From positions 32,001 to 96,000 of IMG/VR virus record IMGVR_UViG_3300022748_000015: a DNA stretch of 64,000 bases. One strand, written 5' to 3'. Both the position numbers and the translations under genes were made by a program. Source of the DNA: a virus. Positions 9,659 through 18,881 of this stretch are shown here, in pieces (within the stretch, counting starts at the first letter, position 1; the number at the start of each line of letters is the position of its first letter). Under the pieces are notes generated by a model. It was not told the DNA's origin and did not search any database. It saw nothing but the letters and a program-made list of their open reading frames with translations.

Positions 9659-11473
9659 ATGGCTGGATTAGACGGCATCAAACTCGAGTTAGTTAACTCA
9701 GTTGATAAGGCTCAGGAATTTTTACATTGGCTGGGGGAACGCCGTCCGCACAACGCTATAGCAATTGACACGGAAACCGGGGAACTCCCTGGTAATCACA
9801 AGGATCATGCGCTCTCTCCTTGGCATGGCCGTCTGCGCCTAGTTCAGGTTGGGGATGGCATGACTGGGTGGTCTATTCCCTGGGATAACTGGAAGGGCGT
9901 ATTCTACGAGGCAATGAATAAATTTGATGGACCCCTTGTCTGTCACAATATTGCCTTCGAAGCTAAGTGGTTTGAGATTCAATCTGAATGGAAAATGCCT
10001 TGGCATCGCTCCCATGACACTATGATTATGGCTCAGCTGCTTGATCCTCTAGGCTCTGGTGCTCTAAAAGTTTTAACTAAGCAGTATGTAGATGCAAATG
10101 CTGCACGTATGCAAGACCTACTTAGCGATGGTATGGCTAAAAATGGCTGGACCTGGGGTACCGTCCCCGTAGAATATCAACCATATTGGGCATATGGTGC
10201 TCTTGACCCCATCTTAACCATGCGCCTGTGGGAGCAGTTTTGGGAGAAATGCGGCCCTGGTCGTCCGTACTCTCAAGCGTATGAGCTTGAGATGAATACT
10301 CGCCGTATCGTTACTCGCATGGAGCTGAATGGCGCTCGACTTGATCTCAACTATTCCAAGAAAAAGTATCAAGAACTTATTGACTATACTGAACAGGTGA
10401 AGCAATGGGGGCAGGATAGCTACAATGCTTCCATTACTAGTAATGCTCAACTTGTTCGTGTATTTGAACGACTTGGTGCCGAGATCACTCAATTAACACC
10501 GTCTGGAAATAAGTCCGCATCTGCTGATCAGCTAAAAATGCTTGCTCGTGATGGTTCTCCAGAAGTCAAGCAGCTTGCCGAGACTGTACTTAAGCAGCGT
10601 AAGGCTGACAAGCTTGCATCTACCTACTTCTCGAATTTCATCAATGATAATGTCAATGGGTTCGTGCATCCATCTGTAAAGACCATGGGTGCTCGTACCG
10701 GGCGTATGTCGATTCAGAATCCAGCACTTCAGACTCTGCCAAAGGGTGATGACACTGTTCGTCGTGCATTCCTACCTAAAGATGACGATCACGTGATTAT
10801 TACCTCGGACCTTGATCAGGTCGAGTTCCGTATGTTTGCATCTCTGTCTCAAGACCAGAATCTAATTAGCCTATTCAATAATGCTGATGCATCTGGTTCT
10901 GACCCATTCACCGAGATTGGTCGTGAGGTCTACAATGATCCCACCATGGTCAAATCAGATAAGCGCCGAGGACTTATCAAGGGAGTTGTCTACGGACGTC
11001 TCTACGGGGCTGGAGTGGCTAAACAGGCCCTAACTGCAGGTGTTCCAGAAGAGCAAATGCGTGCTGTATCTGATGCTTTTGACCGCAACTACCCTGGTAT
11101 GGCACTTTTCCAGAAGAAGGTTGAAGATACTGGAATGCGCCGCCTCAAGAATGAAGGTCAGGGTTATGTCCATACCTGGACTGGACGTCGCCTACCTTGC
11201 GACGAGGACCGTGTATATACGCTTACTAACTACCTAATTCAGGGCGGTGCAGCTGAGATCTTTAAATCAAACCTAGTGAAGTTAGATCAAGCTGATCTGA
11301 CTGAGCTACTTATTGTTCCGGTGCATGACGAAATTGTTCTAAATGCTCCACGTAAAGATGCAGAGGAAGTTAAGAAACTTGTCCAGGAATGCATGACCAC
11401 ACGCGAGGGTTGGGCTGTACCATTAACAGCTGATGCTGACGGGCCTCTAGAAAACTGGGGTCAAAAATACTAA
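9659..11473 (+). CDS. polA: DNA polymerase family A (3'-5' exonuclease + polymerase, no 5'-3' exonuclease domain)
   Basis: ExoI IDTETG, ExoII HNIAFE, ExoIII YGALD; TGRMS; motif A DLDQVEFR; motif B KGVVYGRLYG; motif C VHDEIV. Confidence 0.95.
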   Translation: MAGLDGIKLELVNSVDKAQEFLHWLGERRPHNAIAIDTETGELPGNHKDHALSPWHGRLRLVQVGDGMTGWSIPWDNWKGVFYEAMNKFDGPLVCHNIAFEAKWFEIQSEWKMPWHRSHDTMIMAQLLDPLGSGALKVLTKQYVDANAARMQDLLSDGMAKNGWTWGTVPVEYQPYWAYGALDPILTMRLWEQFWEKCGPGRPYSQAYELEMNTRRIVTRMELNGARLDLNYSKKKYQELIDYTEQVKQWGQDSYNASITSNAQLVRVFERLGAEITQLTPSGNKSASADQLKMLARDGSPEVKQLAETVLKQRKADKLASTYFSNFINDNVNGFVHPSVKTMGARTGRMSIQNPALQTLPKGDDTVRRAFLPKDDDHVIITSDLDQVEFRMFASLSQDQNLISLFNNADASGSDPFTEIGREVYNDPTMVKSDKRRGLIKGVVYGRLYGAGVAKQALTAGVPEEQMRAVSDAFDRNYPGMALFQKKVEDTGMRRLKNEGQGYVHTWTGRRLPCDEDRVYTLTNYLIQGGAAEIFKSNLVKLDQADLTELLIVPVHDEIVLNAPRKDAEEVKKLVQECMTTREGWAVPLTADADGPLENWGQKY

Positions 11474-11949
11474 TGGAGATTCAAATGAAATACGTATTAG
11501 CCGTTGACCCGGGTAAGGCTACTGGAATGGCTTTCTTTACTCGTGAACCAGGTCAAGATCCTGTGTTGGTCTGGTCTGGAGAATATCAACAAGAAGAGTA
11601 TGCTAAGCCAATTCGTCAAACACTAGGTGAAGTAATTATGTCTGGCAATTCTATAGACATTGTTTGCGAACGATTCACTATCAATGCCCAGACTGTGCGT
11701 AATTCTCAAGCTCCGTTCTCATTGGAGCAGATTGGCATCCTTAAGCAGTGCATGATGGATATTGGTATGGCTCCAGATGATATTAATTTCCAGAGTCCAG
11801 CTAACGCTAAGGCTATGTTCACTAACGAGAAGCTGAAGAAGCTGGGATATTGGCATAAAGGTGGGGAAGGACACGCACTTGACGCAATCCGTCATGGTCT
11901 GCTACACTTGGTCAGCAACGGTTGGAAACCAATTAATTTGCTAAATTAA
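11473..11949 (+). CDS. ruvC: RuvC-like Holliday junction resolvase
   Basis: VLAVDPGKATG, VCERF and HALDAIRH acidic catalytic motifs of the RNase H fold. Confidence 0.8.
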   Translation: MEIQMKYVLAVDPGKATGMAFFTREPGQDPVLVWSGEYQQEEYAKPIRQTLGEVIMSGNSIDIVCERFTINAQTVRNSQAPFSLEQIGILKQCMMDIGMAPDDINFQSPANAKAMFTNEKLKKLGYWHKGGEGHALDAIRHGLLHLVSNGWKPINLLN

Positions 11950-11955
11950 AAAGTT

Positions 11956-11996
11956 ATTATCAGAAAAAGTTGTTGCATTTACTTTTTTCTGATAAT
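11956..11996. promoter_or_regulatory. Inverted repeat overlapping an extended -10 promoter of the helicase operon
   Basis: ATTATCAGAAAAAGT-10 nt-ACTTTTTTCTGATAAT; contains TTGCAT and TG-a-TAATAT. Confidence 0.5.
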
Positions 11997-12026
11997 ATAT
12001 AAATACGAAACGACGAAAGGAATCAA

Positions 12027-13841
12027 ATGAGTGTCTTTGTAGAACTCGATGATTCTGGTGAGCACATCATCATTAACGCTGAGTGGCGTTTAAAAGAACT
12101 GTGCAAGAGTCTTCCTGGTGCTTCTTGGAGTGCTAAGGAGTCTATCTGGCGTATTCCGGCATCCTGGGCTGGTTGTCTAGCTCTACGTTCTACCTTTAAG
12201 TCTGATCTGGTCCTAGGACCTCACCTTACTGAGTGGGCAAAGCACGAGAAAACTACTCGAGTTGACCCGTCTAATGATCTACGTGATGTGGATGTTATGG
12301 AGGAGGGCGATCAGGATCTTTTCCCTCATCAGCGTGCTGGCGTAAAGTTCCTCTCTACGGCTCGTAGAGCCCTTCTAGCAGACGAACCAGGACTTGGTAA
12401 GACTGCTCAGGCTATTCGCTCCCTAAAGGCCATGCATGACCAGGGGGAGGCTGTTTTTCCTGCTCTCATTGTCTGCCCGAACACCCTTAAGAAGAACTGG
12501 GAACGTGAGTTCGATAAGTGGTGGCCTGGGGTTAATGTGACCGTTATTGGTGGAACTGCAACAAAGCGTCGTGCCTTGTTTGATCAGGACTCCGATGTGG
12601 TTGTAGTGAACTGGGAGTCTCTGCGCAGCCATTCTCGCCTATCACCATATGGCTCGATTTCTTTAGCTCGTTGTATCGAGTGTAAGGGCCACGATTCCCG
12701 TATCACTCCAAACCGCTGTGAAGTTCACCAACGTGAGCTAAATACCATTGGTTTCAAGGCTGTAATTGCTGACGAGATTCACCGTTCAAAAGATCCAAAG
12801 TCAAAGCAGACCCGTGCTCTTTGGGCCGCTACTGGCGATGCGGATATCCGCTTTGCGCTTACCGGTACTCCTATTGCTAAGGATGTTGTTGATCTTTGGC
12901 CTATTCTTCACTGGATTTCTCCAGAAGAATGGCCTAGTCGTACCAAGTGGATTGACCGCATGATTGATACCATGCTCAATGCTTTTGGTGGCATGATGGT
13001 TCTAGGTGTGAAGCCTCACATGGAGCAGGAGTTCTATGCTGCTATTAACCCACGCATGCGACGCATGCTGAAGGCTAAGGTACTTCCTTGGCTTCCAGAG
13101 GTTATCAATGACCGCCGTGATGTCGAGATGGGTGCTAAGCAGCAAAAGGCTTACAATCAGATGCTAGACAATATGATTGCATTGATCGAAAAGGAAGACG
13201 GGACTGTTGGGGATGCTGTTGTAGCTCCTAACCCGCTTACTCAAATGCTGCGCCTTCTCCAGCTCGCTAGCTCATACGCTGATGTGACTATTGATCCTGT
13301 TAGCGGTGAAGAAGTTGTAGTTTTGTCAGACCCATCGTGTAAGGTTGATGCTCTGATGGATGACATGAAGAATGGTGACTTCGGTGATGATAGCGTAGCT
13401 GTCTGTGCCGTATCTCGCCAGCTCATCGATCTCCTTAGCGCACGCCTAACTAAGGAGGGTATCGCTCATGGTCTGATTACTGGAGCAATCGATGCTGATG
13501 AACGTCAACGTCATATCGATGAGTTCCAGTCTGGCAAGACTAAGTGGATTCTATTTACTGCCCAGGCTGGCGGTGTGGGTGTTACCTTGACAACTGCACG
13601 CAGACTTGTTATGCTACAAAGACCATGGTCACTTGTCGACTATAAGCAGGCTCTTGACCGTGTACACCGTATTGGTTCTGAAATCCATGATTCCGTAATC
13701 ATTACAGACTACGTAACTGAAAATACTGTTGAAGAGCGTGTAATTCAGGCTCTAGACACCAAGGCTGACAACTTTGAGCAGATTGTGCGTGACAAGGATG
13801 CACTTCTCAAAATGCTTAAGGAAAGCAAGGGAAAGAAATAG
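12027..13841 (+). CDS. SNF2-family (SF2) DNA helicase
   Basis: LLADEPGLGKT, ADEIH, LTGTP, QALDRVHRIG motifs. Confidence 0.93.
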   Translation: MSVFVELDDSGEHIIINAEWRLKELCKSLPGASWSAKESIWRIPASWAGCLALRSTFKSDLVLGPHLTEWAKHEKTTRVDPSNDLRDVDVMEEGDQDLFPHQRAGVKFLSTARRALLADEPGLGKTAQAIRSLKAMHDQGEAVFPALIVCPNTLKKNWEREFDKWWPGVNVTVIGGTATKRRALFDQDSDVVVVNWESLRSHSRLSPYGSISLARCIECKGHDSRITPNRCEVHQRELNTIGFKAVIADEIHRSKDPKSKQTRALWAATGDADIRFALTGTPIAKDVVDLWPILHWISPEEWPSRTKWIDRMIDTMLNAFGGMMVLGVKPHMEQEFYAAINPRMRRMLKAKVLPWLPEVINDRRDVEMGAKQQKAYNQMLDNMIALIEKEDGTVGDAVVAPNPLTQMLRLLQLASSYADVTIDPVSGEEVVVLSDPSCKVDALMDDMKNGDFGDDSVAVCAVSRQLIDLLSARLTKEGIAHGLITGAIDADERQRHIDEFQSGKTKWILFTAQAGGVGVTLTTARRLVMLQRPWSLVDYKQALDRVHRIGSEIHDSVIITDYVTENTVEERVIQALDTKADNFEQIVRDKDALLKMLKESKGKK

Positions 13842-14404
13842 TGACTCTCCTTAACTCGATGCCGTGTAGTTTTTGTGGAGAATATTTTGTTCCAGGCGGG
13901 GCACTATATTCTCACGAGAAAGCCTGCGCTAATGGTGGAGCTAAAAGAAGACGTAGAACTAAATATCGAGAAATATTTTTTGCTAATAATGGTCCTGGGC
14001 CCTATACTTGCAGTTTTTGTGAAAAGCCTGCAATATTTGATGAGGTAATAGTTCATCACCAGGATCACGACGAGACAAATAATGATTTGACAAATCTAAA
14101 AGCTTGTCATAGGATTTGCCATAATAGCCATCATTTTAAAGATCTTTGGTCGGAAAAATCTGATGAACTATTAGCCAGTAAAACTAGAGGGCATAGAGTC
14201 CCTCATAGTGAAGAAACAAAACGGCGCATGAGTGCTGAAAATAAGACAAAAGGATATAGACCTAAACCAGAAGCAATAGCTAAAGCAGCTGAAGTAAATA
14301 GAGGAACCCCTCGTTCTGCTGAAACTAGAGCAAAAATAAGTGAAGGTCATAAGAGAAGAAAAGCAGCTAAGGCTGCTCAGGAGGTGATGCCACATGACGA
14401 TTGA
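13841..14404 (+). mobile_element. Free-standing HNH endonuclease with NUMOD3 repeats (probable homing endonuclease)
   Basis: CSFC...VHHQDHDETNNDLTNLKACHRICHNSHH HNH core; HSEETKRRMS and RSAETRAKIS NUMOD3 motifs. AT-rich, overlaps both neighbours. Confidence 0.85.
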
Positions 14405-15337
14405 ATCTGTACGAATTAGTAATTCCGAGATCCAAACGTTTAAGTGAAGGACTGTCGTCGTCGTTGGTGGCTGACTTACTATCGTCGCCTTAAGCCAAAG
14501 CTACAAAACTATACTGGAGCTCTTGCTCTAGGTTCTCGTATCCACGAGGCACTAGATCGCTACTACACCTCCGGTATGGAGCGTGATCTTCTTGAGATCC
14601 ACGCTGAGCTTGTCAAGGAAGATATCGATAAGCTAAACAAGGAATACCGTGATACTACAGAGCTTGAAACAGAAGCTGAGCTCGGTCGTGTAATGCTCGA
14701 GGGGTACCTTGAGTGGATTGAGCTCGAAGGTATCGATGCAGAGCTCGAGATGATCTCTACTGAAGAGATTATCGAGCGTCCAATGCTTGACGGTAAGGTT
14801 ATCCTACAAGGTAAGATCGATATGCGTGTCCGCCGTAAGATTGACGGTGTACGTATGTTCCGTGACTTCAAGACCGTTGGTGGCTCATTCGCTGAGTTTG
14901 GGTCTATTGCTCACATGAACGAGCAGGTTCTAACCTACATGACCTTGGAAGAGGCTCAGAACCAGAACGGTGAACGTTCCGAGGGCGGTATATTTACAAT
15001 GCTTCGTAAGGTTAAGCGTGGTGCTTATGCAAAGCCACCATTCTATGACCAGATCGAAGTTCGCCACAATCGTTTTGCACTACGCTCGTTCTACCAGCGC
15101 CTAGAGGGTGTCCTGGAAGACATGATGCGAGTTCGTGAGGGTCTCGATGCTGGCGAAAGCCATTATAAGCTTGCCTACCCAAAGCCTTCTCGTGAATGCA
15201 AGTGGAAGTGCCAATTCTTCGCTATTTGCCCGCTTATTGACGACGGTTCTGCCGCCGAAGCAGCAATTAGTGATGCGTTTGAGTCATCCGACCCATACGG
15301 TTATTACGGAATCGAAGAGAAGAAAGGAAGTGAGTAA
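14394..15337 (+). CDS. PD-(D/E)XK Cas4/AddB-like exonuclease, interrupted by a 5-nt coding gap at 14445-14449
   Basis: GGAGG RBS then ATG 14394 gives MTIESVRISNSEIQTFK*. The body DCRRRWW...GKID...DFKT...CKWKCQFFAIC continues in another frame from 14450 (track start GTG 14444, no RBS). One N-terminal plus three C-terminal Cys fit an Fe-S staple. Confidence 0.8.
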
Positions 15338-15339
15338 GA

Positions 15340-16107
15340 ATGTCGGAAGTCGATCGCAGTCTAACAATTATGGTTTATGGCGAATCGAAGGTTGGTAAGT
15401 CAACCTTTGCCGTTACAGCACCTTACCCACGCCTAATGCTTGACGTAGAGGGTGGACACCGCTTCCTCCCTATCAATGTAAAGTATTGGGATCCAATTCG
15501 CGAAGAGCCGCCTCAGGCGGACGGTACTTGGGACACTGTTGTGGTCCAGGTTCGCGACTATGAAGTCGTTATGAAGGCCTTCCAGTGGCTTCAGAGCGGC
15601 AAGCACCAGTTCAAGTCTTTGATCATCGACTCGATCTCTGAGTTGCAGGTCAAGTGCATGGACAACATTGCAGGAACCGAACAGATGAAGATGCAGCAGT
15701 GGGGAGAGCTTCTCCGCCACATGGGTGCCCTACTTCGTGACCTTCGCGACCTTACAATGCATCCAACTCAGCCGCTAGAAGCTGTAGTCCTAACCGCAAT
15801 GGCACGTAAGGGTCAGGATGGCGTATATCGTCCCTACCTACAGGGCCAGCTTGCAATCCAGGCTCCCTACTTCTACGACATTCTTGGCGCAATCACCGTG
15901 GAGCAGGTACCAAACCCTGACCCACTACAGCCACCGTATAAGGTGCGACGCATGTATGTAGAGCGTACGCCTGACTATGAGGCTGGAGAGCGTGTCCAGG
16001 GCCGTCTAGGTAAGGTAGTTGAGCAGGGAGACCTTGGCGTCGAACGTATGCTCGATATCGTCTTCGGTGAAAAGAAGACACCAGCAACAAAGAAAACAAC
16101 TAACTAG
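15340..16107 (+). CDS. AAA_24 / Sak4-like ATPase (ssDNA annealing recombinase)
   Basis: Walker A GESKVGKST, Walker B IIDSISE; sits between exonuclease and SSB, the usual recombination triad. Confidence 0.8.
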   Translation: MSEVDRSLTIMVYGESKVGKSTFAVTAPYPRLMLDVEGGHRFLPINVKYWDPIREEPPQADGTWDTVVVQVRDYEVVMKAFQWLQSGKHQFKSLIIDSISELQVKCMDNIAGTEQMKMQQWGELLRHMGALLRDLRDLTMHPTQPLEAVVLTAMARKGQDGVYRPYLQGQLAIQAPYFYDILGAITVEQVPNPDPLQPPYKVRRMYVERTPDYEAGERVQGRLGKVVEQGDLGVERMLDIVFGEKKTPATKKTTN

Positions 16108-16125
16108 TAAAAGGAAAATGATACT

Positions 16126-16701
16126 ATGTCTCTAAATTGGAGCGATCTCATCAAGGAAGCCGGAGAGGCTACCAACAGCTTCGAGCCACTGCCAGACGGT
16201 GACTACGAGTTCAAGGTGGTAGAGGCTAAGGCCACCACCTCACAGTCGGGTAAGGTAATGTTCAAGACTACCAACGAGGTAATTAGCGGTCCATACGCTA
16301 AGCGTCGCGTCTGGGACAACCTTGTTATCTCGCCAGAGAACAGCAAGGCTCTTGGAATGTTCTTCATGAAGATGGGTGCCCTTGGTCTTAACAAGGACTT
16401 CTTCAACGCAAACCCAACCAACGCTCAGATCGAGCAGGCTCTATTTGGTCGTGGTTTCCGTGGAACTCTTGCTACCCGTACCTACAATGGCAACCAGAGC
16501 AACGAGATCAGCAAGTACTTTGCTGCTCCTGCCGTAGCTCAGGCTGCTTTCTCAGCTCCAGCTGCTCCAGCACCTGCTGCAGCACCTGCACCGGCTCCAG
16601 CAGCCCCTGTAGCTGCAGCACCAGCTCCGGCTGCTGCTCCTGCTCCAGCACCGGCCCCTGCCCCTGCTGCCCCTGTAACCTCGGACGACACTCCGTTCTA
16701 A
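16126..16701 (+). CDS. ssb: Single-stranded DNA-binding protein (DUF669 type) with Pro/Ala-rich tail
   Basis: FEPLPDGDY.FKVVEA...SGKVM..., ~50-aa (AP)-rich linker and acidic DDTPF end. Confidence 0.8.
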   Translation: MSLNWSDLIKEAGEATNSFEPLPDGDYEFKVVEAKATTSQSGKVMFKTTNEVISGPYAKRRVWDNLVISPENSKALGMFFMKMGALGLNKDFFNANPTNAQIEQALFGRGFRGTLATRTYNGNQSNEISKYFAAPAVAQAAFSAPAAPAPAAAPAPAPAAPVAAAPAPAAAPAPAPAPAPAAPVTSDDTPF

Positions 16702-16712
16702 ATTACAAAATA

Positions 16713-16746
16713 GAGGAGGCGGGGCACATCGTGTCCCGCCTTCTTT
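16713..16746 (+). terminator. Intrinsic terminator after ssb
   Basis: GAGGAGGCGGGGCAC-ATC-GTGTCCCGCCTTCTT hairpin followed by T/A tract. Confidence 0.6.
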
Positions 16747-16758
16747 ATAGGAGATTTA

Positions 16759-17760
16759 ATGCGAATCCTTTTTACTGGCATGGCTTCATCCCATGTTAAA
16801 GAATCTTCAAATACTACGTTCTTTGGAACCATGTTCCAGGTTGCAAAGCAATTCTCTGACTCTGTAGATATACTTCCACCTAGTGTTGAGTGGACATCAG
16901 AGATACTAGATAAGTACGATGCTGTCTTTGTTGGTGTAATACCTCCAACAAGCCCTAGTGCTAATAAACTCTATGGTGCTCTTAATGTTATATCTCTACT
17001 TGCTGATTCAAAGAAGCTGTTCTTTGTAGTTGACCACCCGCAGGTGTGGCAATTTAAGTCGAGCATTTCATCTGTATCGAAGAATATTGATTCGATTTTT
17101 ACACCGTTCTATAGAACTAAGTCTGAGTATAGATCAGCTGTGCTTAAAAAAGATAAATTTGAAGGTGCTATAAAGTTATTGTCATCCACTAATTGGCCTA
17201 CCACTATCTACCCGGAACTCCCCTGGAGAAATTCGGAACTTTTACATGAGTTTTTACCGTGGGTCTCTCCGGAAAACCTAGTTGGAGTCAATCTAGATGC
17301 TCACCTGCTCTCGGAGGAGCCAACTATAGAGCTATCAAGAACAAGTTCCTGGTCTGTGGAATATCCAAATACATCCTGGGTACAAAAGATTAGTAAGCTA
17401 ACTACCTACCCTCTAGAAAAGGCTAAGGCATCTATAAGAACTACAGATGAGGATGTTATGTCTTGTATCTCGTCTAGTGCTGGCCTAGTTCTTCCCGCTC
17501 AGGATAGAGGTGTTGGGACTTGGTGGTCTTACCGGATACTTCAAGCTTTGGACTCAGCCACTCCAGTAATTACAGAGTGGAAAGAGTCTAGAACAATTTC
17601 CGACTCTTGGGCAGTACTAATTGGGGAAGTAGAAGATATGGATTTGGCTGATAGAATTGCGTTAGCTATGTCTCAACGAAGAAGTTATATGGATTCAATT
17701 CCCTCGAAGCAAGAATCCACCAACCTACTAGAGGCTCTAGTAAAGACAAATAAGGAATAA
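16759..17760 (+). CDS. Putative GT-B fold glycosyltransferase (T4 beta-glucosyltransferase/CgeB-like pattern)
   Basis: MRILFTGM, KYDAVFVG, LFFVVDH, and ISSSAGLVL...YRILQALDSATPVITE parallel the order of motifs in T4 BGT and CgeB-type GT-B enzymes. By-eye similarity only. Confidence 0.45.
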   Translation: MRILFTGMASSHVKESSNTTFFGTMFQVAKQFSDSVDILPPSVEWTSEILDKYDAVFVGVIPPTSPSANKLYGALNVISLLADSKKLFFVVDHPQVWQFKSSISSVSKNIDSIFTPFYRTKSEYRSAVLKKDKFEGAIKLLSSTNWPTTIYPELPWRNSELLHEFLPWVSPENLVGVNLDAHLLSEEPTIELSRTSSWSVEYPNTSWVQKISKLTTYPLEKAKASIRTTDEDVMSCISSSAGLVLPAQDRGVGTWWSYRILQALDSATPVITEWKESRTISDSWAVLIGEVEDMDLADRIALAMSQRRSYMDSIPSKQESTNLLEALVKTNKE

Positions 17761-17762
17761 AG

Positions 17763-18191
17763 ATGCCAGATGTAAACTACGAATGGATTAGACAGCAGCT
17801 TCAAGATGCTAAAGCTAAGGTTGGATCCGGAAATGCTGTCTTGGAATTATTGGCTGTGTGGGAAAAGCAAACTAAACTCAGCCCTAATTTAGCTAAAGAG
17901 GCAGTTGAACTATTCTCTAAGCTTGCCCTAGGTCATGCTATTAACGCAGTTGAAGAAAAAACTGATGAAGTTTGGATTCCTCTGCAGCCGGGCCAGATTC
18001 GAGTTGGCGATGAGGTACGTGTATTTAATGATGCTTTCTCTGATGAAGCAGGGACTGTTCACAATGGTAGACGTGGTAAGGTAGTTGCTGTGCGTTATGG
18101 TGACGTAATCTTCACATCTACCGATGCTAAGGAACCTAAGTTAAATGGTGTTCACTATTCACCATACAAACTAGAGAAGCGAGTAAAATAA
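17763..18191 (+). CDS. Hypothetical protein with C-terminal SH3/KOW-like domain
   Basis: IRVGDEVRV...GRRGKVVAVRYGDVI pattern. Confidence 0.6.
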   Translation: MPDVNYEWIRQQLQDAKAKVGSGNAVLELLAVWEKQTKLSPNLAKEAVELFSKLALGHAINAVEEKTDEVWIPLQPGQIRVGDEVRVFNDAFSDEAGTVHNGRRGKVVAVRYGDVIFTSTDAKEPKLNGVHYSPYKLEKRVK

Positions 18192-18424
18192 TGCGTGTTG
18201 CTTTTGAACTAAAGTTTAGTGCCGATACCTTGGAGTCAGCTAAAGCTACAGCTTATGAAGAGGTCGCTAAGTTTCTAAATATCACGGAGTCTGCTGTTGC
18301 AGATTCTGTTGATTTAGAGCTCAAGGTTGGGATTCCTGACCCTGAGAAAAACCTGTATTCTGGCCATTTTGTTATTACAGCCTATGGTTCGCTAAAAAAG
18401 ACACTTTTACATCCAGGTTTATAG
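18191..18424 (+). CDS. Hypothetical protein
   Basis: 77-aa ORF coupled to the previous stop (TAATG). Confidence 0.6.
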   Translation: MRVAFELKFSADTLESAKATAYEEVAKFLNITESAVADSVDLELKVGIPDPEKNLYSGHFVITAYGSLKKTLLHPGL

Positions 18425-18435
18425 CAAAAAATTAA

Positions 18436-18477
18436 ATAATGGCATATTCATTTATATGGATATGCCGTTATTTTTTA
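18436..18477 (+). terminator. Intrinsic terminator
   Basis: AATAATGGCATATTCAT-TTAT-ATGGATATGCCGTTATT hairpin plus T run. Confidence 0.65.
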
Positions 18478-18478
18478 T

Positions 18479-18507
18479 TTGACTTTTTCATCTTTATAGC
18501 CTAAAAT
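18479..18507 (+). promoter_or_regulatory. Near-consensus SigA/sigma70 promoter upstream of the hypothetical-whiB pair
   Basis: TTGACT-17 nt-TAAAAT. Confidence 0.65.
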
Positions 18508-18530
18508 CCAATAGTTAGTGATATAGACTA

Positions 18531-18881
18531 TTGCATATGAAAGATTCTCGCATAGGTGAGTCCCTGTGGTTCTCATGGGAAGGTGATGGGTACCACCCTT
18601 CATCCGATGAGGCTATGGTCTACTACACTGAAGGTCACGTTGATCTTGATAATGATATTGTTAAAAAAGCTTTGGCCTCTTCTCTGCAAAGAGATGGTTT
18701 AGTTCATTCACTTAATCTTGGATTTTCTGCAGTAGAAGCTGCAGATTTTTCATATCTATATATTGGTATATTGGATAGTGAAATGTTCCCATCTATATGT
18801 AAAGAATCAGGCGAAACTGAATATGGGGATCTACTAGATTCAGTAGTTGAAGCAACTCTAGTAGAGGTTATTACTGAATGA
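18531..18881 (+). CDS. Acidic hypothetical protein
   Basis: 116-aa ORF downstream of the promoter, coupled to whiB by ATGA overlap. Confidence 0.6.
   Translation: MHMKDSRIGESLWFSWEGDGYHPSSDEAMVYYTEGHVDLDNDIVKKALASSLQRDGLVHSLNLGFSAVEAADFSYLYIGILDSEMFPSICKESGETEYGDLLDSVVEATLVEVITE

Noticed and set aside
14445-14447. TGA reassignment or suppression (alternative genetic code)
   Set aside because: Read-through stays in the wrong frame; other genes end normally at TGA/TAG/TAA; the tRNA with TGA anticodon is Ser, not a suppressor.
14394-15337. Cas4-like nuclease as a sign of CRISPR-Cas
   Set aside because: No cas1/cas2 or array; it sits in the usual exonuclease-Sak4-SSB recombination triad.
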